From a virus, in the IMG/VR virus record IMGVR_UViG_3300044461_000051, positions 737-64,736 of that record: a DNA stretch of 64,000 nucleotides. The stretch is one strand, 5' to 3'. Every line of letters starts with the position of its first letter. The first letter of the stretch is position 1. Below the pieces are notes generated by a model, which saw nothing but the letters and a program-made list of their open reading frames with translations, did not search any database and had not been told where the DNA came from. Both the position numbers and the translations under genes were made by a program. Below are positions 26,525 to 34,584 of the stretch, piece after piece.

Positions 26525-27292
26525 CGCGTTGCACGTCTCGGCGTGGCACGAAGGCGTCCCATCGAATTGCGTGTTGCGGAGATTGAAGTAATACGTGCCG
26601 CCGGGCTTGAGCGTGCCAAGCGACCAGGAGATGTCGCCCGTCTGCCCGCCGCCCCACGCCATCGGGTACTTGGCTCCACTCGGATCGGTCGGAAACGCGG
26701 TCGGCGTCCAGCCCCGGAAGTCGCACGGATACGGCGACAGGGTTCCAAGCCTGAAGGTTGGAGCGCCGTCGTACTCCACCCACGACCACCGCCCCGCCTT
26801 CGTGACAGCGGGCACGATCAAGCGACCGACGATCACGGTGTCCGGGCGCATCACCGCCAGCGCGTTGCCGCCCCACGGCAGGTCGACGTAGGATACGTCC
26901 CCGTACGATGCGCATAGATTCGTCGGCGGCACGACTACGACGGGCGGCGCCGCCTGCCAGTTGACGGTGACGCTGCCCGCCCCGCCCGCGTTGCCGGTCG
27001 CGGTGTAAGTGCAGATGATGGCAGCCGGCTCGACAACGTTAGCAGTGGCCCCTCCGGTTGGCGTCGTGCAGCCCCGCGATGCCTGCCACGTGACTACTGC
27101 AGCAGCAGGCGTGCACGCTGCCGACAGCGTGAGCATGGTGCCCGCGGCAGGATTCGCGGGGCTCGCTTGTGCCGTGCACGTCTGCCCCTGCTGTGCGCAG
27201 TTGATCTGATAGTTAGGACCGCCCGTCATCGTGAGCGCAGCGCAGCCCGGCAGGTCGATCGTCACGGTCGCCGCGTGCGCGTTGAATGTCAT
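26501..27292 (-). CDS. Cys-rich Ig-like, probably exported protein
   Basis: Beta-rich with paired Cys and a PPVVVVPP linker; ATGA-coupled start at 27292, but an in-frame upstream signal-like segment exists. Confidence 0.6.
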   Translation of the reverse strand: MTFNAHAATVTIDLPGCAALTMTGGPNYQINCAQQGQTCTAQASPANPAAGTMLTLSAACTPAAAVVTWQASRGCTTPTGGATANVVEPAAIICTYTATGNAGGAGSVTVNWQAAPPVVVVPPTNLCASYGDVSYVDLPWGGNALAVMRPDTVIVGRLIVPAVTKAGRWSWVEYDGAPTFRLGTLSPYPCDFRGWTPTAFPTDPSGAKYPMAWGGGQTGDISWSLGTLKPGGTYYFNLRNTQFDGTPSCHAETCNALLTISTF

Positions 27293-27402
27293 CGCCGCAA
27301 GGAAGGCGGCGGCCGAGAGGCCACACGCATCAGCGCCATAACGAGCACGCCGCTGAAGACGCCCGCGAGGAAGGCTACGATGAGCCACCACGCCGCTACC
27401 AT
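27289..27402 (-). CDS. Small single-TM protein (37 aa)
   Basis: MVAAWWLIVAFLAGVFSGVLVMALMR; SD GGAGGAG. Confidence 0.55.
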   Translation of the reverse strand: MVAAWWLIVAFLAGVFSGVLVMALMRVASRPPPSLRR

Positions 27403-27900
27403 TCACTTCTTCTCCTCCCCCATCATCGCCTTGATGATTGTCAGTGGCCCGGTGTAGGCAGCAGGGTCGTGCTTGTTCCGCCACGCTTCGCCCCACGAGC
27501 GGAAGGCGTTGATCGCTGCAGTCGTGCCGCCCACCGCTCCCGCCCAACGCAGATCCTGCCCGGTCTTGTCCTTGTACGGCCCCATCATGTTGGCGAAGTA
27601 GGCAGCATCGACCTCCTCCAGATCCACGAGCGACACGTTACCGTTGTGGTTCTGCGACTGATAGGCGGCATCGCCTTCGGTCAGGTTCTTCTCGCGCAAC
27701 TGCGTCGCCTCGTTGTCGGGCATGTGGTGCATGCCGATCATCTTGTCGATGAACGCCCGCTGATCATCGGGCATCGCCCCTTGCGTGCGCGCCTGCGTCG
27801 CCGCTTCAACATCAGCCTTCGTCGCGACGGGACCGGACACGCGAACCAGCAGCTCCGAGAGCATCGCGTGCAGTTGCTTGAATTGCTTGTCGGACATCAT
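27403..27900 (-). CDS. Hypothetical protein
   Basis: SD AGGAG; coherent 165-aa ORF. Confidence 0.7.
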   Translation of the reverse strand: MMSDKQFKQLHAMLSELLVRVSGPVATKADVEAATQARTQGAMPDDQRAFIDKMIGMHHMPDNEATQLREKNLTEGDAAYQSQNHNGNVSLVDLEEVDAAYFANMMGPYKDKTGQDLRWAGAVGGTTAAINAFRSWGEAWRNKHDPAAYTGPLTIIKAMMGEEKK

Positions 27901-27910
27901 GCCTGCTCCT

Positions 27911-28033
27911 TTACTTCACAAGGAAGGCGAAGCCAGCGACGGCCCAGCCGATGGACGTGACGATGAGCGCGATGCCAACTTCGCGCGGATGAGCGGCGAC
28001 CTTCGCCGCAAGCTTGTCGAGAAACTTTTTCAT
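27911..28033 (-). CDS. Small single-TM protein (40 aa)
   Basis: MKKFLDKLAAKVAAHPREVGIALIVTSIGWAVAGFAFLVK; SD GGAG. Confidence 0.6.
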   Translation of the reverse strand: MKKFLDKLAAKVAAHPREVGIALIVTSIGWAVAGFAFLVK

Positions 28034-28035
28034 AG

Positions 28036-28308
28036 TTACTCCACGCACGCCCGGATGAGGGACTCCAGCCGGTCCGCATGGGCGATTAGCAGCAGCCGGT
28101 CGACCAGCAGCGCGCGGGCGCGCTGAAAGGGGTTGGCATCCGTCGCCCATGCCACGTCCGCCATGAGTGTCGGGCGCGCGGGCACATCGGTTGCGCGAAC
28201 GCAAGGCACTGTCACTGGCACGTCGACCGCAGCACCCGTCCACGGCATCGAGTTGCAGCCGGCGAGTATCAGAGCGGCTGCTGCAATAGGCGGCAGGCGC
28301 TTGCGCAT
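28036..28308 (-). CDS. o-spanin (Rz1-like lipoprotein)
   Basis: Lipobox LAGC, Pro-rich, overlaps the i-spanin 3' end. Confidence 0.8.
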   Translation of the reverse strand: MRKRLPPIAAAALILAGCNSMPWTGAAVDVPVTVPCVRATDVPARPTLMADVAWATDANPFQRARALLVDRLLLIAHADRLESLIRACVE

Positions 28309-28619
28309 GCATCCTCCGGTATCGCGGGTTGCGTTGCAAGTAGCGACTGCACCTTCGACGCCAGCACAGCGACACCCTCCTCAGCTTTCTTGCGCGCGGC
28401 CTCAGCGTCAGCGAGACGCTTCTTCGACGCGGCCTTAAGCGCGGCGACGGCAGCGTTCTGAGCAGCAACCTTTTCCTGTGCATCATGCAACTTCGACTCT
28501 AACTCAGCCGCCTGTTCAATCCAGCCTTGCACTTCTGCTGTGCCGATCTTCATCCCGGCGACAAAGCCCCCGCCTGCGGCGGCCACTGCAATGACCCCGG
28601 CGATGATGAGTTGGATCAC
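28269..28619 (-). CDS. i-spanin (Rz-like)
   Basis: N-terminal TM, coiled coil, C-terminal Cys. Confidence 0.8.
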   Translation of the reverse strand: MIQLIIAGVIAVAAAGGGFVAGMKIGTAEVQGWIEQAAELESKLHDAQEKVAAQNAAVAALKAASKKRLADAEAARKKAEEGVAVLASKVQSLLATQPAIPEDACASACRLLQQPL

Positions 28620-29032
28620 CTGGTCGCGCCCTTGACTTCAACCGGCTCCTCGAGTGCAACGTGGAGCGGATTCTCTGGAGTGCCTCGCTCCTCCTCTTGC
28701 GGCGGCGGTGGCGCGGGTTCGCGGATCGCCGCGACCTTGGTCGTCGTCGTGGTCGTGCTGCTCGTGCCAGGCCGGTCCTTGTCGCCCATGCGGAACGCAC
28801 CGACCGCGCCGACGGCAACACCGAAGCCGGTGCACACGCTGCCGACACCGATGCCTAGATCCTGCACTAAGAAGCGGTGCTCAGGATCTAAGAACATCGC
28901 GACCATCGTGAAGATGCACATGAACGGGATCGCGGTAATGACGACCGCCATGATCCAGAACAGCGCAAGGTAGCCGGGGTCCACCGTTTGATCGGTCGGG
29001 TGGATCGCTGCGCGGAATACGCTTGTGGTCAT
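28616..29032 (-). CDS. Holin/antiholin-like membrane protein (2 TM, hydrophilic tail)
   Basis: Two hydrophobic segments; between endolysin and spanins; ATGA coupling. Confidence 0.55.
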   Translation of the reverse strand: MTTSVFRAAIHPTDQTVDPGYLALFWIMAVVITAIPFMCIFTMVAMFLDPEHRFLVQDLGIGVGSVCTGFGVAVGAVGAFRMGDKDRPGTSSTTTTTTKVAAIREPAPPPPQEEERGTPENPLHVALEEPVEVKGATR

Positions 29033-29646
29033 GTCACCCTCAATTCTGCCTTCGCGGCCTTCCAGCGCCGCACGCGATCGGCCTGTCCGTTGAGCCCGCC
29101 ATTGATGCGTCGCGTGATCGTTTCGAAGTCGCCGACATCGGCCAACGCGTTGAGGTCGCGCGAGTTCCAGTACCATCCCGCGACCCACGCGGCAAGGTCG
29201 GGCCGCTCGAGGAGCTGCGGTGCCGTCAGCAGGCGCTCGTCGCTGTATCGCGCGAATGATGCTTGCCGGTAGTTCGACCGCCCGGTGAGCTGGATCAGCC
29301 CGCGCCCAGCGAAGCGCTCCCCGTCGCCGGGCTCCGTGTTGCCGAGGTCCAGCCGTCCCTCGTAGGCTGCGCCGCTAGCGATCTCTCGGACATAGCGAAA
29401 GCCGCCCGACTCGTGCGCGACCTGCGCGAGGAACGCCGCCAGGCGCTGCGGCGTAGAGATGCCGAACTGTCCGCACGTCGCGTTGAGCGGACCGAGGAAG
29501 CGCTCCAGCGTCTCGTCCTCTGCGCTGCTTACGGCACGCAACAGTCCGATATCGACCCAGCCCTCCGTCGCTCCCGCCCCACCGAAGCCGGGCGGTTCCG
29601 GCTTCTTGGCGAACAGCGATTTGAACCAGTCGATCATCGGGATCAT
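29029..29646 (-). CDS. Endolysin, glycoside hydrolase family 19
   Basis: AAFLAQVAHESG, GRGLIQLTGRSNY, ITRRINGG; true start MIPMIDW at 29646. Confidence 0.9.
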   Translation of the reverse strand: MIPMIDWFKSLFAKKPEPPGFGGAGATEGWVDIGLLRAVSSAEDETLERFLGPLNATCGQFGISTPQRLAAFLAQVAHESGGFRYVREIASGAAYEGRLDLGNTEPGDGERFAGRGLIQLTGRSNYRQASFARYSDERLLTAPQLLERPDLAAWVAGWYWNSRDLNALADVGDFETITRRINGGLNGQADRVRRWKAAKAELRVT

Positions 29647-29819
29647 CCGCGCCAGTTGGAGAGCCCAAACAATTTCAGCAAGGCCACGACTAGAACGATT
29701 GTGAAAACGACGCCGAGGATCGCGTGCACGGGCTGCGGCGCCCCCTTCCAAAAGTATGTGATCAGTATCCACACGACAGCCAGCACGCCGAGCAGAATTG
29801 CGAATTCTTGCAGTCCCAT
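29643..29819 (-). CDS. Class II holin-like 2-TM protein (58 aa)
   Basis: Below track cutoff; MGLQEFAILLGVLAVVWILITYFWKGAPQPVHAILGVVFTIVLVVALLKLFGLSNWRG; SD GGAGGT; ATGA-coupled to the endolysin. Confidence 0.65.
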   Translation of the reverse strand: MGLQEFAILLGVLAVVWILITYFWKGAPQPVHAILGVVFTIVLVVALLKLFGLSNWRG

Positions 29820-29833
29820 GCTTACCTCCTATG

Positions 29834-30277
29834 TCAACGACTACCGCTCCCGATACCGACCTGACTCTCCAGCACACGCACGCGAGACGACAGGTCGATC
29901 AGCGTGTCGCGGTAGCCGGAGACGATGGTGCTAGCCAACGCCAAGATAGCGACGACGAGCACGCTCGCGGCCCACCATGCCCCGCGCACGTTGGCGACCG
30001 CTTTCTCGTGCTTCATGGCGGAGATGTTGAACATCTTGACCTCCTCGACGATGTGCTCGTCGAACGCCTTGGTATGGTTGTTAAAGTCGGCCTTATGATG
30101 TTCAAACGCCACGGCAATGCGCTGCGTCGCCTGTGTGTTCGCATCGAGCGCAGCGTCGAAGCTGACGAGCAGCAGCAGCGTTGCCTGCTGCACCGGATCG
30201 GTGGTCTTGGCAATGAGCGATTCAATACGCTCATGGACGCTGCTGCGTCGCGGCGGCGGCATGTCGTCGTATCTCAC
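29834..30277 (-). CDS. Coiled-coil plus single-TM protein (lysis-associated?)
   Basis: TM WWAASVLVVAILALASTIV; first gene of the lysis region. Confidence 0.55.
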   Translation of the reverse strand: MRYDDMPPPRRSSVHERIESLIAKTTDPVQQATLLLLVSFDAALDANTQATQRIAVAFEHHKADFNNHTKAFDEHIVEEVKMFNISAMKHEKAVANVRGAWWAASVLVVAILALASTIVSGYRDTLIDLSSRVRVLESQVGIGSGSR

Positions 30278-30283
30278 GGCACG

Positions 30284-30649
30284 TCACGGCTCGACCATGT
30301 CCGCGTACGGCGCCAGGATGTTGATGCTCGTGTTCGCGTTCGCCTGCACCTTCAGGCTATCGCCCTCGTCCATGTGAAGCGGACCGCCGAGCAGGACGTT
30401 AATCTTCGTCTTCAGCGAAACACGTTCTTCCAGCGTCAACGGGTAATCGACGCCGCCCTTGCGGAACCATATGCTGATCCAGCCGAGCGTTGTGCCGATG
30501 TTGCTGGCATAGATTGCATCGATCTTGCGGGCATGATCCGCGGCGACCGTTGAATCTGTGACGGTGGTCACCGCATTGGTCGCCTCATAAGTCAACGTAT
30601 CAATGAGTACGATCAATCCTTCGATATTGATATTCGGTGATGCCATCAC
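30284..30649 (-). CDS. Tail-associated hypothetical protein
   Basis: Operonic after tail-tip genes. Confidence 0.6.
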   Translation of the reverse strand: MMASPNINIEGLIVLIDTLTYEATNAVTTVTDSTVAADHARKIDAIYASNIGTTLGWISIWFRKGGVDYPLTLEERVSLKTKINVLLGGPLHMDEGDSLKVQANANTSINILAPYADMVEP

Positions 30650-31515
30650 GCCTCCTGAAATTGCAATGACTTCGTCAACAGGTTCCAGCGGGTCACGGAC
30701 CGCCCGATCGCATCGAGCGCGGAGAAGGTGCCGTACATGACGTGGTCGCGTTCCCTGCGCGTCGCTTCACCGTCGTACAGCGTCAACGCTAGGTCGCGAC
30801 CGAGGCCGCACTGCCGGACGATGTCGAGCCATGCGGCGCGCTCGTCTTCGTTGACCGACTCCAGCAAGAGTCGCAGCGTCCGCGCCTGCGCTCCGATGTT
30901 GCTGTAGAGCGAGCCGCCGCGCGAACGATCGACCTCCGTCAGGTCGATGACGCCGAGGTCGAAACTCACCGGCTGGCGGGCTGGAGCAAACGACCGCCCG
31001 AGCATGAACGTGCAGACCTCCCAGTAGGCTGCGCCGAACGTGGCAACGTTGCCGCTGAACGTCACTTTGTACGATAGGCAGGAGACCGGATCGAAGCGCA
31101 GATAGAACGGCGAGTCGATGATGTGCGGATCAAAGGCGCCGACAAAGTACGGATCGATACCGAAGTCAGCGCCATCAGCACCGACAGCGCGTATAACGTC
31201 CACCGGCGTCGAGTCCCAGACCTGACTCGTCCAGCCCGCGTCGGAGTAAAGCTGCAAGCGAACCTGCCCGCCATGGCAGCGGTGACGGAAGAAGGCGAAA
31301 TAGTCCGGCTCGCGCGGGTCGCCGTCGTCGAACGTCCCGGCGATGTACTGATTATCCGATGCGTCGGCCGCCGTGGTCGTATCCGACCGCCACACGCGCG
31401 AGCGTTTGCGGTTCTGAGTATTGACGATCGAGCAACCGTCGGCAGCGGCGAACTCAGTCGAGAGCGTCGCCTCGTGGTGGAAGTTGCGCGGGATGATGCG
31501 AAAGGAGGCGGCCAT
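30646..31515 (-). CDS. Tail tip / distal-tail-like protein
   Basis: FRII..N N-terminus, SRGGSLYS and RTLRL motifs of siphovirus tail-tip proteins. Confidence 0.65.
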   Translation of the reverse strand: MAASFRIIPRNFHHEATLSTEFAAADGCSIVNTQNRKRSRVWRSDTTTAADASDNQYIAGTFDDGDPREPDYFAFFRHRCHGGQVRLQLYSDAGWTSQVWDSTPVDVIRAVGADGADFGIDPYFVGAFDPHIIDSPFYLRFDPVSCLSYKVTFSGNVATFGAAYWEVCTFMLGRSFAPARQPVSFDLGVIDLTEVDRSRGGSLYSNIGAQARTLRLLLESVNEDERAAWLDIVRQCGLGRDLALTLYDGEATRRERDHVMYGTFSALDAIGRSVTRWNLLTKSLQFQEA

Positions 31516-31887
31516 TTAGACGTGCATCCCTATATATCCAACGTCGATTTCGTAAATCTCGATGTCCACGCTCATATTGAAGACGAGATTGATATCTGTG
31601 CTGCTAAATGCGTGGAGGCGCAGACATACCCTTTGATCCTGCTGCCCGGAAAGAACGTAGACGTCTTGGAGTACTGCGCCAATGTACCGCTGTACCAATT
31701 TGACCCCAACTCCTGCAAAACCAAAAAATTTCAACACCATTCGCAGCTCGATAAAATTCATGTCCATCGCAGCGGTGGGCTCAAGCGTGAATTCTGATCC
31801 TGGCCCAGACCACATGCCGCCGCCCCACGTCAGTGTCGGGCTTGTCCAGTAGGTATCACTCAGCCTACTTTGATAACCAGTGGGCAT
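31516..31887 (-). CDS. Low-GC hypothetical protein in the tail-tip region
   Basis: Fills the gap exactly; beta-rich. Confidence 0.55.
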   Translation of the reverse strand: MPTGYQSRLSDTYWTSPTLTWGGGMWSGPGSEFTLEPTAAMDMNFIELRMVLKFFGFAGVGVKLVQRYIGAVLQDVYVLSGQQDQRVCLRLHAFSSTDINLVFNMSVDIEIYEIDVGYIGMHV

Positions 31888-31890
31888 TAA

Positions 31891-34584
31891 TTACTCCGGC
31901 TCAAACTGCAACGACGTGCTCATGTCGTTGAAAAATTTCACCGTGGTCGATGGTGTAGTAACGACACTATCATCGCCCGTTATGACTGGCAGCGTATTTA
32001 CAAACGTTGTGTTCGGATCAGATGCTGGCGTGCCGTAGCCAGTAGGCTCACCAATTTGCGCCACTATCGGGAATACAAACCGCACGGTCTGGCCATCAGT
32101 TATTGATGCATCCTCGACCTTGAAACTAAGCGAGTGACGACTTCCGCTTACGGTAAGAGTGATGCTTCCTGCGTTGTGCACTGCGCATGACGGAGAGCCA
32201 CCCACGAACGAGATGTCTAGCTCACTGTCTTGCACGTCGTCTGGGTCGACGGCGGTCGTTGGTAGCCCGATTGTGATGCTTGTACCGATACCGTCAGCAT
32301 CGATGTCCGTGATCGTGCTGCCGGATTGATTCACAACAGTTATCAACAGGTGCCCATAGGTCACTCCAACAGTACCCGTCGATCCCAACTGTCTGTCGCC
32401 CGTCACAAACGTAGCGGCGAAGTAAGTTAGGTTCGCACCATTGTAAGTGTCGTAGTTGAACCATCCCTGAACGCCTATAGATGAAAGAACAAACTCTGGA
32501 ATAGTGCCCGGCACTGCGACAACGATCCCGGTCACCTCGTAGGGGTTGGCGGTGTAATCAATAGCCGCACCAGAACTAATCACAGGAAGGGCCTGTTGCG
32601 AATTGTCTGAAAAGTAAATCTCCGGCATAACATCGTCCGAACCAAAGGTGACGCTAGCCGGAAAATGCAGGGCACCTATAGAGAAGTTGCCAGTGGTAAA
32701 CGGGATGTAAACGTTAGCCACGAAACCAGCCGCCTCGTCCCCGTAGATGGTGATCGACTGATCCACAACCTCCTCATACCAAAGAGGAGAATTAGTGTCG
32801 GCGTCGTAAAACTCCGGAATCAAAGAAACAGCATTGCCGCCGAACACGCCGCCGTAGTAGTCGAAGAAATATTCTTGAAGAGTCGGCCCGACCGGTGGCG
32901 GCGGCAGAATGACAACTACCGGCGGACCGATTTCAACGCTAGGCGTCCCCGGTCGCCACGCTAGCGGCGTCTGGATGATGTACTGCTCGCCCGACTCCCA
33001 TCCGATCGGCGGCGCTGATACACCACGCTTGCGCACAAGTCGCAGCATCGTCCGCGCCTTCGACAGACCGATGCCCACAGCGATGACCTGGAACAACACG
33101 CCCGCGTCGTAGCCGAACCGTGACACCGTCACGCGCACGACGTCACCTAGCTCCAGTGCATAGAACATCGACGGCGCGTCAGGGTTAGCGCCGAGCGGCA
33201 CCGTCACCGTGACGATCTCAAGCCACGGCAAGAACATCGCTCGCCGCGTCTCCATCCACTGCGTGAGATGGACGATTGATGATCCTTCCTCCCACGACAG
33301 CAGCGTCTCGATCGGCGGCGAGGTCGATAGCGTCTTGTGATACAGCTCCGGCGCGAGCGCGTAAGTCGTCCCGCCGACCAGCGATTGCAGCGCGTACTGT
33401 CCTTTACGGGAATACACCGCCTTCTCGTCTGGATTCAGAACGTCGGACAGCGTGCTCTGCACCGTCCAGTTCTTGTGCGCGTAGGCTTGATATTGGTAGT
33501 ACTCCGGCGTCAGGTGCTGCACGTCGAATGCGGTCTGTGGAACGATGTCGTCCTCGACAATGTCGACCGGCTCCAGCCCAGCACTATCGCCCAGCCCTTC
33601 GATGTCGTACGGACGCAGCCGACCGAAGGTGAATTGACCGTCGCGGCGAATCGCCGTGAAGCAATTGCCGCTATCCGTTAGCTCGTCCAACACGTCGATG
33701 ATGTTGCGCGCGTCCTGAATCGACATGCCAATCGGGTAGTCGTCGTCATCATCCTCGACGAACGTAGCATGCGGACCGTAGTAAAGCCCCGCGGCTGCGA
33801 ACCCTCCGCGCGCCCCAACGAGGCGCGACATCGCGTCGCTGAGTTTGTCCTGATTGACACCCGTCACCGAGTACACGTCGCAGGTGATGAGCCCGGCCGG
33901 CGCTGCGTCAAGCTCAAGCGTCCCGTCCCCACCATCAAGAAACGTGACCGGAACGCCATCGTCGCGGACTTCGACAGCCTCCGCATAGATAGAATCCGAG
34001 TGCACATAGACGAGGTTGATCGAATCGAGAACGAGCGGGGTCAAGTTGTGAATGAAGCCAACATTCAACGGGCGCGCGTTGTTGGCGTACGGCCCCGACC
34101 CACCCACTTGTTGTGTCCCACCGACGCTTTGATTCAGCAGTGAGGTCGAATCCTTGAGGTCGATCGTCAGCCGCGTGAACGGCGCGCGCGATACGCGCAT
34201 CCCGCGGACGGTGAAGATCAGCCGGAAGTCGGAGCGCTCCCACGAAGCATCGCCAAAGTAGAACCGCGCCTCGCTACCGTCGAGCGCAAGGTCGAGCAGG
34301 AAGTCGAGTTCCCCGTCGGTGTTGATAATCTCGACCGCGCCGATCGACGACGAGTAGGTGCTGAGTCTATTGCCGCCCAAGCTGCGTTCGAACTCGGGCA
34401 CCGCCGAGATGCAATCAACGTATGGCTGCGAGCCGACGGGGACGTACGGCTTGTCGGACAGGTACAGCGTACCCTCTGCGGGCTCGCCTGCGGACGACTC
34501 ATAAATGTAATCCTGCTCATACAGGATGACACGATCGGCGTGTTCTTGCGACAGCCACGCGATAAATTGCGCGTCTGTTATCAC
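31891..34584 (-). CDS. Central tail-tip/hub protein with C-terminal putative receptor-binding extension
   Basis: Follows the tape measure; MITDAQFIAWL start; Pro-rich linker then a beta-rich low-GC domain. Confidence 0.7.
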   Translation of the reverse strand: MITDAQFIAWLSQEHADRVILYEQDYIYESSAGEPAEGTLYLSDKPYVPVGSQPYVDCISAVPEFERSLGGNRLSTYSSSIGAVEIINTDGELDFLLDLALDGSEARFYFGDASWERSDFRLIFTVRGMRVSRAPFTRLTIDLKDSTSLLNQSVGGTQQVGGSGPYANNARPLNVGFIHNLTPLVLDSINLVYVHSDSIYAEAVEVRDDGVPVTFLDGGDGTLELDAAPAGLITCDVYSVTGVNQDKLSDAMSRLVGARGGFAAAGLYYGPHATFVEDDDDDYPIGMSIQDARNIIDVLDELTDSGNCFTAIRRDGQFTFGRLRPYDIEGLGDSAGLEPVDIVEDDIVPQTAFDVQHLTPEYYQYQAYAHKNWTVQSTLSDVLNPDEKAVYSRKGQYALQSLVGGTTYALAPELYHKTLSTSPPIETLLSWEEGSSIVHLTQWMETRRAMFLPWLEIVTVTVPLGANPDAPSMFYALELGDVVRVTVSRFGYDAGVLFQVIAVGIGLSKARTMLRLVRKRGVSAPPIGWESGEQYIIQTPLAWRPGTPSVEIGPPVVVILPPPPVGPTLQEYFFDYYGGVFGGNAVSLIPEFYDADTNSPLWYEEVVDQSITIYGDEAAGFVANVYIPFTTGNFSIGALHFPASVTFGSDDVMPEIYFSDNSQQALPVISSGAAIDYTANPYEVTGIVVAVPGTIPEFVLSSIGVQGWFNYDTYNGANLTYFAATFVTGDRQLGSTGTVGVTYGHLLITVVNQSGSTITDIDADGIGTSITIGLPTTAVDPDDVQDSELDISFVGGSPSCAVHNAGSITLTVSGSRHSLSFKVEDASITDGQTVRFVFPIVAQIGEPTGYGTPASDPNTTFVNTLPVITGDDSVVTTPSTTVKFFNDMSTSLQFEPE

